Shown here: one piece after another, positions 1 to 8,870 of the stretch
How the letters are laid out: every line of letters begins with the position of its first letter
How positions within the stretch are numbered: the first letter of the stretch is position 1
NCBI GenBank assembly: GCA_964605155.1
Contig: CAZSAK010000016.1
Span: forward strand, 2,935-66,934
DNA: 64,000 nucleotides
Direction of reading: 5' to 3'
Source: an uncultured Chromatiaceae bacterium
Lineage (GTDB): Bacteria > Pseudomonadota > Gammaproteobacteria > SZUA-140
Notes under the pieces: generated by a model
What the model saw: the letters and a program-made list of their open reading frames with translations, nothing else
Told to the model about the DNA's origin: nothing
Databases searched by the model: none
Made by a program: the position numbers and the translations under genes

Positions 1-981
1 CGACTCGCCCAGAAACATTACCAGTATCTGGTTATGCGTACTGCCCAGGGCGCGCAATAAACCGATTTCAGATGTCCTTTCCTTTACGGCGATGATCATG
101 ATGGTCAATATTCCCACGCCGCCGACCAGCAACGAGATCCCGCCCAATGCACCAACGGCGAAGGTCAGGATATCGAGTACGGAACCGAGTACGTCCAGCA
201 TCTGCTCCTGTGTTGTGATCGTGTAATCCTCGCGCCCATGACGGGCAGTCAGTATGCGGTGCATCCCGGCGACTACCTCATGCACGGGGGCGCCTTCACG
301 ATATAACAGATCGATCTCCATCAGGCTGTCGCGATTGAACATCTCCAGCGCCCGGGCTGCGGGGATATAGACACTGTCATCGAGATCCACGCCTAATATC
401 TGACCCTTCGACTCCATGCTGCCGACGACGCGATAACGGTCGCCACCGATACGGATGAGTTCGCCAAGGGGATTCTTATCGCCGAATAATTCTCTGCGCA
501 GCTTGCTACCGAGTACCGCAAAGGCGCGCGGTGAAGTGGGATCGTCATCTGGCAGGAAATGGCCGGCACCGACATCAATGGAAAAGACCGTGGGCATATC
601 CGGACCGACGCCGTAAACGGTGGTTCGCCTGCGCCTGTTATCGGCCTCGACCTCAGCGTTACCTTGTATTGCCGGAACCACCGCGATGGTATATGGAACA
701 TGTCTCAGGGCCTCTGCATCAGCCAGCGTCAACGGTCGATCAGTACCGAAGATACCGATAGATGTACCGTGTGTCGTCGCCTTGCCGGGATTCACGGCAA
801 CCAGATTCGTGCCAAACTGGGTGAACTCGTCGAGCACAAAGCGGTGTATCCCTTCGCCGATCGAGGTCAGCAGCACAACGGCGGCTATACCGATTGAAAT
901 ACCAAGCATGGTTAAAAAGCTGCGCAGGCGGTGGGCGATAATGGTGCCGACGGCAAAACGTATATAATCCATGAGTATCAT
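1..981 (-). CDS. ABC transporter permease, MacB/LolE-like FtsX family. Complete N-terminus; the C-terminus runs off the window start.
   Basis: Reverse-strand translation from the ATG at 981 gives MILMDYIRFAVGTIIAHRLRSFLTMLGISIGIAAVVLLTSIGEG..., paralogous to the adjacent permease. The ORF track omitted it because it has no in-window stop. Confidence 0.8.
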   Translation of the reverse strand, partial: MILMDYIRFAVGTIIAHRLRSFLTMLGISIGIAAVVLLTSIGEGIHRFVLDEFTQFGTNLVAVNPGKATTHGTSIGIFGTDRPLTLADAEALRHVPYTIAVVPAIQGNAEVEADNRRRRTTVYGVGPDMPTVFSIDVGAGHFLPDDDPTSPRAFAVLGSKLRRELFGDKNPLGELIRIGGDRYRVVGSMESKGQILGVDLDDSVYIPAARALEMFNRDSLMEIDLLYREGAPVHEVVAGMHRILTARHGREDYTITTQEQMLDVLGSVLDILTFAVGALGGISLLVGGVGILTIMIIAVKERTSEIGLLRALGSTHNQILVMFLGES

Positions 982-988
982 ATAATGG

Positions 989-2197
989 TTACCGTCTGCT
1001 CAGGGCCTGTACCGGATCAAGCCGCGCTGCCCGACGTGCGGGCAGTGTACCGAACACTATCCCGGTAATGACGGCAATGATGGCGGCGGCAATTACTGCC
1101 CATAAGGGTGGACCAACGGGCAGTGCCGGATAAAGGTAACCGATAAACCAGCTGCCCGCCTCGCCGATTCCCAGCCCGAGCAGGGCGCCGATCAGGGACA
1201 GTACCGCAGCCTCGGTCAGGAACAGGGTCTGTATTTGGCGTCCTGAAGCACCGATAGCCTTCAGCAGGCCAATCTCGGTGGTGCGCTGGGTGATGGCGAC
1301 CAGCATGACATTCATGATCAGGATCCCTGCGACGATCAGGCTGATGGTTGCAATGCCCGCGACGGTGAGGGTCAGGGCATTGAATATGCGGTCAAATGTG
1401 GCCAGAACGGCATCCTGGGTGACAATGGTTACATCTTCTTCACCCTGATGCCGCTCACGCAGTGTGTTACGTGTAAATTCGATTGCCGTTCCTACGGCAT
1501 CGCGGTTTCTTGCCTCGATAAGAATACGGAACAAGGACGGTGAGTTGAAAAGCATCTGGGCGGATGCCACCGGGATAACAACGAGTTCCTCGACATCGAT
1601 ACCGATTGATCGTCCTTCCGTCGCCAGCACGCCGATCACGCGGAAGCGCCGGTCACCGATGCGCACCCATTCACCAAGCGCCGAATGAGATCCGAAGAGT
1701 TCGTCACGTACCTTTGCACCGATCACACATACCGGAACTGCCTTTTCGGGATCTTCGGGCGGCAGGAAGCGTCCTTGCCCCATCGTCCAGTGCCGGATCT
1801 CGAGCAGGTCGGCGGTCGAACCAAGTATGGGTACCTCACGTTCCCGTTCCTGCCATGATACAGCGGCGGAACCCACCGATATAGGAGCTATACGGCGGAT
1901 ACTGCTGCTGCGCGTCAGCGCCATGCTGTCATCCAGGGTAAGGTCACGCGGGGTTTCACCGATAAACATGGGCGGTCCTTCACCCGTGGTCTCTGCTTTA
2001 CCGGGCAGGACGATGATCAGGTGGGTACCGAGCGAGGCAAATTCTCCCGTGACATAGCGTCTTGCTCCTTCACCCAGTGAGGTCAGTATCACCACGGCGG
2101 CAACACCGATGGCCATTGCCGATAACATCAGTACGCTGCGCAGGCGATGGCCTTCGAGCGAACCGGTGATAAACTTCATGATGTCAACAAAGCTCAT
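989..2197 (-). CDS. ABC transporter permease, FtsX/MacB-like, four TM segments plus a periplasmic domain.
   Basis: 402-aa ORF. N-terminal TM helix then a large periplasmic domain; C-terminal FtsX-type TM bundle (TEIGLLKAIGASGRQI motif). Confidence 0.85.
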   Translation of the reverse strand: MSFVDIMKFITGSLEGHRLRSVLMLSAMAIGVAAVVILTSLGEGARRYVTGEFASLGTHLIIVLPGKAETTGEGPPMFIGETPRDLTLDDSMALTRSSSIRRIAPISVGSAAVSWQEREREVPILGSTADLLEIRHWTMGQGRFLPPEDPEKAVPVCVIGAKVRDELFGSHSALGEWVRIGDRRFRVIGVLATEGRSIGIDVEELVVIPVASAQMLFNSPSLFRILIEARNRDAVGTAIEFTRNTLRERHQGEEDVTIVTQDAVLATFDRIFNALTLTVAGIATISLIVAGILIMNVMLVAITQRTTEIGLLKAIGASGRQIQTLFLTEAAVLSLIGALLGLGIGEAGSWFIGYLYPALPVGPPLWAVIAAAIIAVITGIVFGTLPARRAARLDPVQALSRR

Positions 2198-2874
2198 GCT
2201 GTACGACTGTTATCCGTGTCGATTCTGCCGTCGATCATGTGTATTTGCCGTCCGGCACGACCACCTATCTCCGGATCATGGGTGACGATGATCAGGGTGA
2301 TGCCTCTTTGATTGAGCCGCTCCAGTATCTCGATCACTTCTCCGCCGGAAGTCCTGTCAAGATTTCCAGTCGGTTCATCAGCGAGTAGAACCTTTGGTTC
2401 CATGATTGTCGCCCGTGCGATTGCTACCCGTTGGCGCTGGCCGCCCGACAATTGATCCGGACGATGATGCGCGCGCTCTGATAAACCGGTTGCCTTGAGT
2501 ATTCGCTCACTACGCGCATTTCTTTCATTCTGCGGCAATCCGGCGAGGACCAGTGGCAGCTCGATATTCTGTTTTGCCGTAAGCCTGGGGACCAGATGGA
2601 AAAACTGGAAGACAAAACCGATGGTTTCACGGCGTGTCCGTGCCTGTTCCTCGTCTGTCAGTGACGTCACATCCTTGTTGTCAAGTGTGTAACGTCCTGC
2701 AGTAGGCCTGTCCAGTAATCCGATGATATTAAGCAGTGTGGATTTACCCGAACCGGATGGTCCCATGATGGAAAGATATTCACCTGCCGGCACGTCAAGG
2801 TACACCTTGTCCAGGGCGTGTACCTGCTGATCACCGACCTTGAATATACGCTCGATGGCTTCCAGATTGATCAT
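2194..2874 (-). CDS. ABC transporter ATP-binding protein (MacB/LolD-like).
   Basis: Walker A GPSGSGKST, signature LSGGQRQRVAIARA and Walker B LLADEPTGNLD. 4-nt overlap with the downstream permease. Confidence 0.9.
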   Translation of the reverse strand: MINLEAIERIFKVGDQQVHALDKVYLDVPAGEYLSIMGPSGSGKSTLLNIIGLLDRPTAGRYTLDNKDVTSLTDEEQARTRRETIGFVFQFFHLVPRLTAKQNIELPLVLAGLPQNERNARSERILKATGLSERAHHRPDQLSGGQRQRVAIARATIMEPKVLLADEPTGNLDRTSGGEVIEILERLNQRGITLIIVTHDPEIGGRAGRQIHMIDGRIDTDNSRTA

Positions 2875-4043
2875 TTACCCGGCATACCCTTACCGGAATC
2901 ATTTTCAGCCTGCGCTGCAGTTCCGGCTTTGACACCTTCGCGATCGATGGATGTAACTACCTGATCTCCGGCCTGTAGTCCGGAGACTATCTCGGTGTAT
3001 TTCCAGTTGGACAACCCGGTTTCAACATTACGTTCTTCAAGGGGTTCGCCATCACCGTTGTAGACCAATACCCGGTTGCCCTCCATGATGGCCTCGGTGG
3101 GTATGCGCAGGACATCACGATGAATTGCCAGGATGACCTCGACATCGGCACTGTAACCGGGCAACATCTGCTTGAAATCGCCCGGATTGGCGAAAACTGT
3201 TTCGACATCCACCGTGCGCGCCTGTTTTTCAACATCAAGTACATAGGGAGCAATGCGTTGAACGATGCCGGGAAACGATTTATCGGAAAATGCATCGAGG
3301 GTAATTCGTGCATCCATTCCCGGTTTGATTTCAGGTGCATCCACTTCATCTATCGGTGCGGAGATATACAGGCAACTATCGTCGATCAGATCAACGGCAG
3401 GGGGTGTGATCACACCTACCGGTGAGGGCGTGACGAATTCATAGAGTTCACCGTTGATCTTGGCGACTGTTCCCGCGAATGGCGCGCGGAGTATTGTCCT
3501 GTCGAGAGTGGCCTGTGCCACGGCCACACGGGATTTACTGACGCTTGCAGTGGCTTTGGCAGCTTCACAACTGGCACGTTGTGCCTTCGCATTGGTCTCG
3601 GCCTGATCAACACTCTCTTCGGAGGACAATTGCTTGTTAAAGAGCCTGCGTTGACGGATTGCATTGCGTTCAGCCTCATCGGCCACCAGGCAGGCCTGTT
3701 CTGCCTGTGCATTTGAGGCCATTGCTTCGCTCTTTGCGAGTTCCAGTTGTGCGGCAAGGTCGTCATTCCATAATTCCAACAGGATTTGTTCAGCCTTTAC
3801 CTGATCCCCTTCATGGACAAGCAATTTTGCGATCTGACCGCCGGTTGTCGGTGCCAGGCCAGCGCGCCTGCATGCCTTTACCGTCCCGGCCCGGGTGTTG
3901 GCAACCGTCGATTCAACGGGGCCCAGTCCAACCTGTTGGATAACGACTGGAAGCGGTTTTTCCCGCGAGAAAAACATGAATATGCCGGCTACCAGGAAGA
4001 TTATGATGATCAGGATTACAATTCGGCGTGTTTTTTTTGTCAT
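2871..4043 (-). CDS. Efflux periplasmic adaptor subunit (HlyD/MFP family).
   Basis: N-terminal TM anchor (IVILIIIIFLVAGIFMFF), long coiled-coil region and beta-barrel/MP-domain motifs. Overlaps the ATPase gene by 4 nt. Confidence 0.85.
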   Translation of the reverse strand: MTKKTRRIVILIIIIFLVAGIFMFFSREKPLPVVIQQVGLGPVESTVANTRAGTVKACRRAGLAPTTGGQIAKLLVHEGDQVKAEQILLELWNDDLAAQLELAKSEAMASNAQAEQACLVADEAERNAIRQRRLFNKQLSSEESVDQAETNAKAQRASCEAAKATASVSKSRVAVAQATLDRTILRAPFAGTVAKINGELYEFVTPSPVGVITPPAVDLIDDSCLYISAPIDEVDAPEIKPGMDARITLDAFSDKSFPGIVQRIAPYVLDVEKQARTVDVETVFANPGDFKQMLPGYSADVEVILAIHRDVLRIPTEAIMEGNRVLVYNGDGEPLEERNVETGLSNWKYTEIVSGLQAGDQVVTSIDREGVKAGTAAQAENDSGKGMPGK

Positions 4044-4182
4044 CTATAGATACTCGCACAGGTTTGCGTAAATTACGGGTTTCATCTTTTGATGTTATGT
4101 TTATGATTAATGATACTACAATCGTAAAATATATTAACGATGGTTGGTAATGGTAAATAAACTGCTATAAGGAATTCAGGAT

Positions 4183-4488
4183 ATGGTGAGAGAAAAAATT
4201 TATCCGGGCATCAATAAAGACAAATACTGTGGCATGACACCAACAGGCAATATCATCAAGGATGCGTGGGTGTTCGGTATTATACCTGAAGAACAGACCT
4301 GTGAGGGTTGGAGCTTGTCCCGTATTCAGGCGTTGTATGACAAGGTTTGCGATGCATGGGCACCTTACGGACATCTGGTCAGTAAATTGCCACAGGATCT
4401 CTTCGAACGTCACACCCGGATTTATGACAAAGCTATTAAACAGGCGCGAGAGAAGGGATGGGCCCCGGATGTCGATGAAGAAACGTAA
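4183..4488 (+). CDS. Hypothetical protein, 101 aa.
   Basis: Clean ORF after an AT-rich promoter-like spacer. No recognisable motif. Confidence 0.45.
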   Translation: MVREKIYPGINKDKYCGMTPTGNIIKDAWVFGIIPEEQTCEGWSLSRIQALYDKVCDAWAPYGHLVSKLPQDLFERHTRIYDKAIKQAREKGWAPDVDEET

Positions 4489-4652
4489 TCTTTCGGAATC
4501 CATACGGGTATGGTCGATGAAGAGAAAATAAACAGGTTGCCAAGCGCAAGGGTCCTGACAAATGGGCTTATGCAATCAGGTTAATCAGTATTATAGGCTG
4601 GTTCCTGCTGCTGACCGCCTTATTGTTGGTTGACAGGGCAAGACCGTAGACT

Positions 4653-5048
4653 GTGATTAGTATGATCGCCATTTTTGCGGTCATCAACGGAGCCTTGATA
4701 CATATAATCATGGCCTCCAGAATCATCTACGGCATCAGTTACCAGGCTTGGTTACCGTCTTTTATGACCAGGGTCAATGTAGTAACCCGCACACCCTTAT
4801 ATGCAACCTCTCTTGTGGTTATATTAGTCCTTGTGTTTGCCTTGTGGTTGCCCGTTGTCACGCTCGCGAGGATTATCAGTTTTATCGTGCTGGCGGTTTT
4901 TATCATGGTTAATTCAGCCCTGTTGCTGATCAAGCGCCAGGATCCACGCCCCCCGGATATCAGGGTGATATCCGGCTGGGTGCCGCTGTCGGGCATCGTG
5001 ACCAGCCTTGGGCTGGTCACATTCGAGATGTATTCACATATCGGATAA
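4653..5048 (+). pseudogene. C-terminal fragment of an APC-family amino acid permease (remnant).
   Basis: 131-aa ORF made of hydrophobic TM helices ending in ...RTPLYATSLVVILV..., as in APC permease C-termini. No N-terminal 300+ aa. Upstream frames are broken. Confidence 0.5.
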
Positions 5049-5160
5049 TGACTGGAGGAAAGAGCTGGCAGGATCAAGTCCAGTATCCATCACCACTAAT
5101 GAATATGTCTGGCAGGACGATATTACATCATATCCTGATAGCGTCCAGTGGATTGTAGCA

Positions 5161-6300
5161 ATGAAGACAGATGTATTTGAACATGAAGATGTTTTGCGTG
5201 AACTGAATACCAATATCCCGTTACGGGACAAACTGCATTACATTCACAAGCTATTACGCAAGAAGTTCGACTTTATTGCCAGGATTGCAGCCACCATCTA
5301 TGACCCTAAAACTGACCTGTTGAAGACATTCGCGTACAGCAGCGATGACGGTAGTCCGCTTGTCCATTACCAGGCCAGTCTTTCAGACAGTGGAGCACTT
5401 ACCGAGATTCTGGAAAAAGGTCGTCCGCGAGTAGTCAATGACCTGGAAATCTATGCCGCGGGAGAGAAGCAACATACCAAAAGTATCCAGGCGATTGGTT
5501 ATCGTTCGAGTTATACCATGCCGATGTATCTGAACGGGACGTTTTTCGGTTTTGTATTCTTCAATTCATATCGCACAAACCCCTTCAATCAGGAAGTATT
5601 GCATTATCTTGATGTATACGGTCATCTGATTTCCCTGTTGATCATCAACGAGGTTGGTTCGATTCACACTTTACTTGCAGCACTCAAGACCGCACGCGAG
5701 GTGACGCACCATCGTGACGTGGAGACTGGTGCCCACCTCGACCGGATGTCAAGATATGCCCGATTGATCGCCAGGCAACTGGCGGAGAAATACAACTTCA
5801 ATGATGAATATATCGAGAATGTTTTTTTGTTCGCACCGTTACACGATATAGGAAAAATCGGTATTCCTGATAGTATTTTGTTGAAACCGGGCAAACTCGA
5901 TGAAGAGGAATTCACCATCATGCAGGGGCATGTTGAAAAGGGCCGGCAAATCATTGATGAAATGCTGGAAAACTTCGGCCTGGATGGCTTCCATCATGTC
6001 GATATACTGCGGAATATTGCCCAGTATCATCATGAGGCGTTGGATGGGTCAGGATATCCGCTGGGACTGCAAGGTGAGGAGATTCCCATTGAAGCACGGA
6101 TCATCGCCGTGGCCGACATTTTCGATGCCCTGACCAGTCGGCGACCCTACAAGGAGCCCTGGAGTAATGATGAAGGTTTCGAGGCATTGCGGCTGTTGGC
6201 TGGCAAGAAGCTTGACCGTGAATGTGTCGAGGCACTGATAAACAATCGCAACCAGGTTGAAGAGATTCAGACACGCTTTAAAGAGGATCACTTCGGCTAG
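5161..6300 (+). CDS. HD-GYP domain c-di-GMP phosphodiesterase with an uncharacterised N-terminal sensor domain.
   Basis: HHRDVETGAHLDRM...HDIGKIGIPDSILLKPGKL...HHEALDGSGYPLGL (HD and GYP motifs). The track ORF starts at TTG 5008, overlapping the permease fragment; ATG 5161 (MKTDVFEHEDVL) is preferred. Confidence 0.8.
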   Translation: MKTDVFEHEDVLRELNTNIPLRDKLHYIHKLLRKKFDFIARIAATIYDPKTDLLKTFAYSSDDGSPLVHYQASLSDSGALTEILEKGRPRVVNDLEIYAAGEKQHTKSIQAIGYRSSYTMPMYLNGTFFGFVFFNSYRTNPFNQEVLHYLDVYGHLISLLIINEVGSIHTLLAALKTAREVTHHRDVETGAHLDRMSRYARLIARQLAEKYNFNDEYIENVFLFAPLHDIGKIGIPDSILLKPGKLDEEEFTIMQGHVEKGRQIIDEMLENFGLDGFHHVDILRNIAQYHHEALDGSGYPLGLQGEEIPIEARIIAVADIFDALTSRRPYKEPWSNDEGFEALRLLAGKKLDRECVEALINNRNQVEEIQTRFKEDHFG

Positions 6301-6554
6301 TCCGGGGTTATCGCCGTTTCGGGCTGATTCGGATCACGTCGCTTTATATAAAACAATTACTTAACCCAGGAATCCGGGATCAGGCAACATACGCTTGTTG
6401 CTTGGCCGCCCGACCGGATTGAAGGCTTTCGACCCAGGGATAGTGAAGTCCTTCACAAAATATAACTTATTGGATACTAAAGAAAACATAGCGTTTTACC
6501 GATATACGAATATATCCGATGAGTCTTCTTTTATCCCAAGGTTTAACAAAAAAG

Positions 6555-7454
6555 ATGAAATATCCCTGGTTACTGACTGTCCTGTTATTGTTGTACGTGC
6601 ACACCACACAGACAGCGGCACTGGATGACGAGTACCTCGTCGAGCACAACTACAACACTGTCGAGATGCTTGATCATTGGATCGACGAAGCCGAACAGGG
6701 TATTGTGGAAGCACAGTACCAACTGGCCAGAATGCAACTGAGTGGCCAATTGATGTTGCGTGATTACAGCGCTGCACGTTACTGGATGGAGCAGGCGGCG
6801 GGAGAAGGACACCATGTAGCCCAATATTACCTGGGCGTGCTCTATGAAGAGGGTATAGGAACCGGGCGGGATATTGCGCGTGCGTTTGATTGGTACCATA
6901 AGTCCGCAATGGCCGGATACGCACCCGCTCAATATCAACTTGGTATCTTGTACAGTGAGGGGGTGCTGGTTCCACAGAATCCGGAAGTCAGCGCATACTG
7001 GCACCTGCAGGCGGCTGCGCAGGGTATGCCGGAAGCGCAGTATGATCTCGGCGTGCGTTATCTTAAAGGCAGGGGTGTACCGCAGAATTATCAGGTTGCA
7101 GCCTCATGGCTTGAAAAGGCGGCGCAACATGGTCATGCAGATGCCCTGACCAGCCTGGGAGAATTATATCTTCAAGGATTCGGGGTTACTCAGGATTATT
7201 ACAAGGCAATGGAACTGTTTTTCGAGGCTGCCGCGAAGAATCATCCCGAGGCTGAATATCATCTCGGCATGATGTATGCCCGAGGCATCGGGGTACTTAA
7301 ACAAGACGACAAGGCCTGCAAGTGGTTACAAAGGGCTGTTGAGCAGGGGGATGAAAGGGCCCAGCAGGAAATCAGGTTGATTAGGGAGCGCCAGGTAAAG
7401 GAGCGCAGGGAACGGTTTCCAGCACTTTCATCTGATTACAGCCAGCTTGGCTGA
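6555..7454 (+). CDS. Secreted Sel1-repeat (TPR-like) protein.
   Basis: Signal peptide MKYPWLLTVLLLLYVHTTQTAA. About seven tandem Sel1 repeats (AQYxLGxxYxxGxGVxxD/N...A..W..KAA.QG). An alternative start lies at 6519. Confidence 0.85.
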   Translation: MKYPWLLTVLLLLYVHTTQTAALDDEYLVEHNYNTVEMLDHWIDEAEQGIVEAQYQLARMQLSGQLMLRDYSAARYWMEQAAGEGHHVAQYYLGVLYEEGIGTGRDIARAFDWYHKSAMAGYAPAQYQLGILYSEGVLVPQNPEVSAYWHLQAAAQGMPEAQYDLGVRYLKGRGVPQNYQVAASWLEKAAQHGHADALTSLGELYLQGFGVTQDYYKAMELFFEAAAKNHPEAEYHLGMMYARGIGVLKQDDKACKWLQRAVEQGDERAQQEIRLIRERQVKERRERFPALSSDYSQLG

Positions 7455-7593
7455 TTAGTCACCTTTCCATCCAATACCGTTGATACTGCTGTTCATCCAG
7501 TGGAATGTGGTAGGATCTACTACTGCAGCGCTGCTGTTCCACGTCAGGAATACCGCTGTAGCCTGATAATAACAATGAATACACATCTTTCCC

Positions 7594-8334
7594 ATGAGCA
7601 GCCTGGTTAGAGTTTTGGCCATCCTGGTGGCCGTTTGCTGGTATAGGAGTCTGTTTGCACAGGAAACGAACGCTATGGACAACAGGACGCTCAGAATGAT
7701 CGTGGTATCGTCAAAGGGAGATGTCCAAGGCGTAGAGGAATTGCTGCATGAGGGGATGAACATCGAGAGTACCGATGTAGTCGGCAATACACCGTTGATT
7801 TTCGCGGCACGTTACGGTCGTCTCGAGGAGGTCCGTTACCTGATCAAGCGGGGGGCAAATGTCAATGCCCGTTCCAGCACAGGTGGGACACCGTTGCGAG
7901 AGGCAGTCAATAAGATGGATCCAGCAACGGTGCGTCTGCTGCTTAATGCGGGTGCTGCCGTTGACACCATGGATATGGGCGGCGAAACAGCCGTTTTCTA
8001 TGCGGTCAGATATGGATACATACCGGCGCTTGAGATGTTGTTGGCACAGGGTGCGAATCCCGATATTGCAGACAACCACGGAGATACACCTTTGATCTAT
8101 GCGATCAGGCAGTCGCCTACACGCCCGGATCATTGGTTACGCATTATCGAACTATTGATCACCCATGGCGCAGATCCGGCCATTATCAATCAGAAGGGTG
8201 AGAATGCCATATGTATCGCACGACGGCAGGGAAAATCAGCCATTTACAATATGCTGATGGATTATGATACCCGGCAGATCGGGTGTCACGCGCATGCAGG
8301 CGATCTGATAGGTGCGGTTGGTAGCAGAGAATAA
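7594..8334 (+). CDS. Secreted ankyrin-repeat protein.
   Basis: Signal peptide MSSLVRVLAILVAVCWYRSLFAQ. Five ANK repeats (GNTPLIFAARYGRLEEVRYLIKRGANVNA, GGTPLREAV..., GETAVFYAVRYG..., GDTPLIYAIRQ...). Confidence 0.85.
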   Translation: MSSLVRVLAILVAVCWYRSLFAQETNAMDNRTLRMIVVSSKGDVQGVEELLHEGMNIESTDVVGNTPLIFAARYGRLEEVRYLIKRGANVNARSSTGGTPLREAVNKMDPATVRLLLNAGAAVDTMDMGGETAVFYAVRYGYIPALEMLLAQGANPDIADNHGDTPLIYAIRQSPTRPDHWLRIIELLITHGADPAIINQKGENAICIARRQGKSAIYNMLMDYDTRQIGCHAHAGDLIGAVGSRE

Positions 8335-8870
8335 AACGCTCGAGTAGTTGCGCGGCACTCATTAAAAATATCCCAATTGCCTGGCAACACTATAATTATT
8401 ATTTATAACAATGAGATACTGATAATACATAAACTAATTACTTAGATTATGCATAATGCGCGTCATTACATTGCTACATCAGGATATTACCTTTTCCAAT
8501 GAATCGGTGGCCTCATGAAAACAGGGTTGTCTCATCGTATCGGTATGTATCTGTGATTTCCGTATTCAATTTATAACGGTTTGTTGTACCATTCTATACC
8601 GAGAGTAGGGAGGGATAACCGGAGGAATATATCTTCATATTTCATTGGCCATCACAATAACAAGAAGGCCATGGATTTCATTTTGTAACACTTCTTATCT
8701 GTATCCCGCACTGTCTGCAGCTGTCGGGTCAGGTGTCGACTATGGATTACACTAGGTGGCCAACGGCCGCTGTTTTTTTATAATGATTTGGCCTAACTTG
8801 CGGAACGTGAATAATGAGCAAAGACGGTTTGTCTTGATGACCGCTGCGGTTTGTATCACTTCGATTTTAC

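Noticed and set aside
393-967. Track ORFs 393-701(-), 531-761(+), 559-897(+) and 620-967(+).
   Set aside because: All lie inside, and out of frame with, the real minus-strand permease gene (1-981), which translates cleanly into an FtsX-type permease. They are spurious shadow ORFs.
5008-5160. Longer HD-GYP start at TTG 5008.
   Set aside because: It would overlap the permease remnant by 40 nt and uses a rare TTG with no SD. ATG 5161 gives an ORF of conventional length, though a longer N-terminal sensor domain cannot be excluded.
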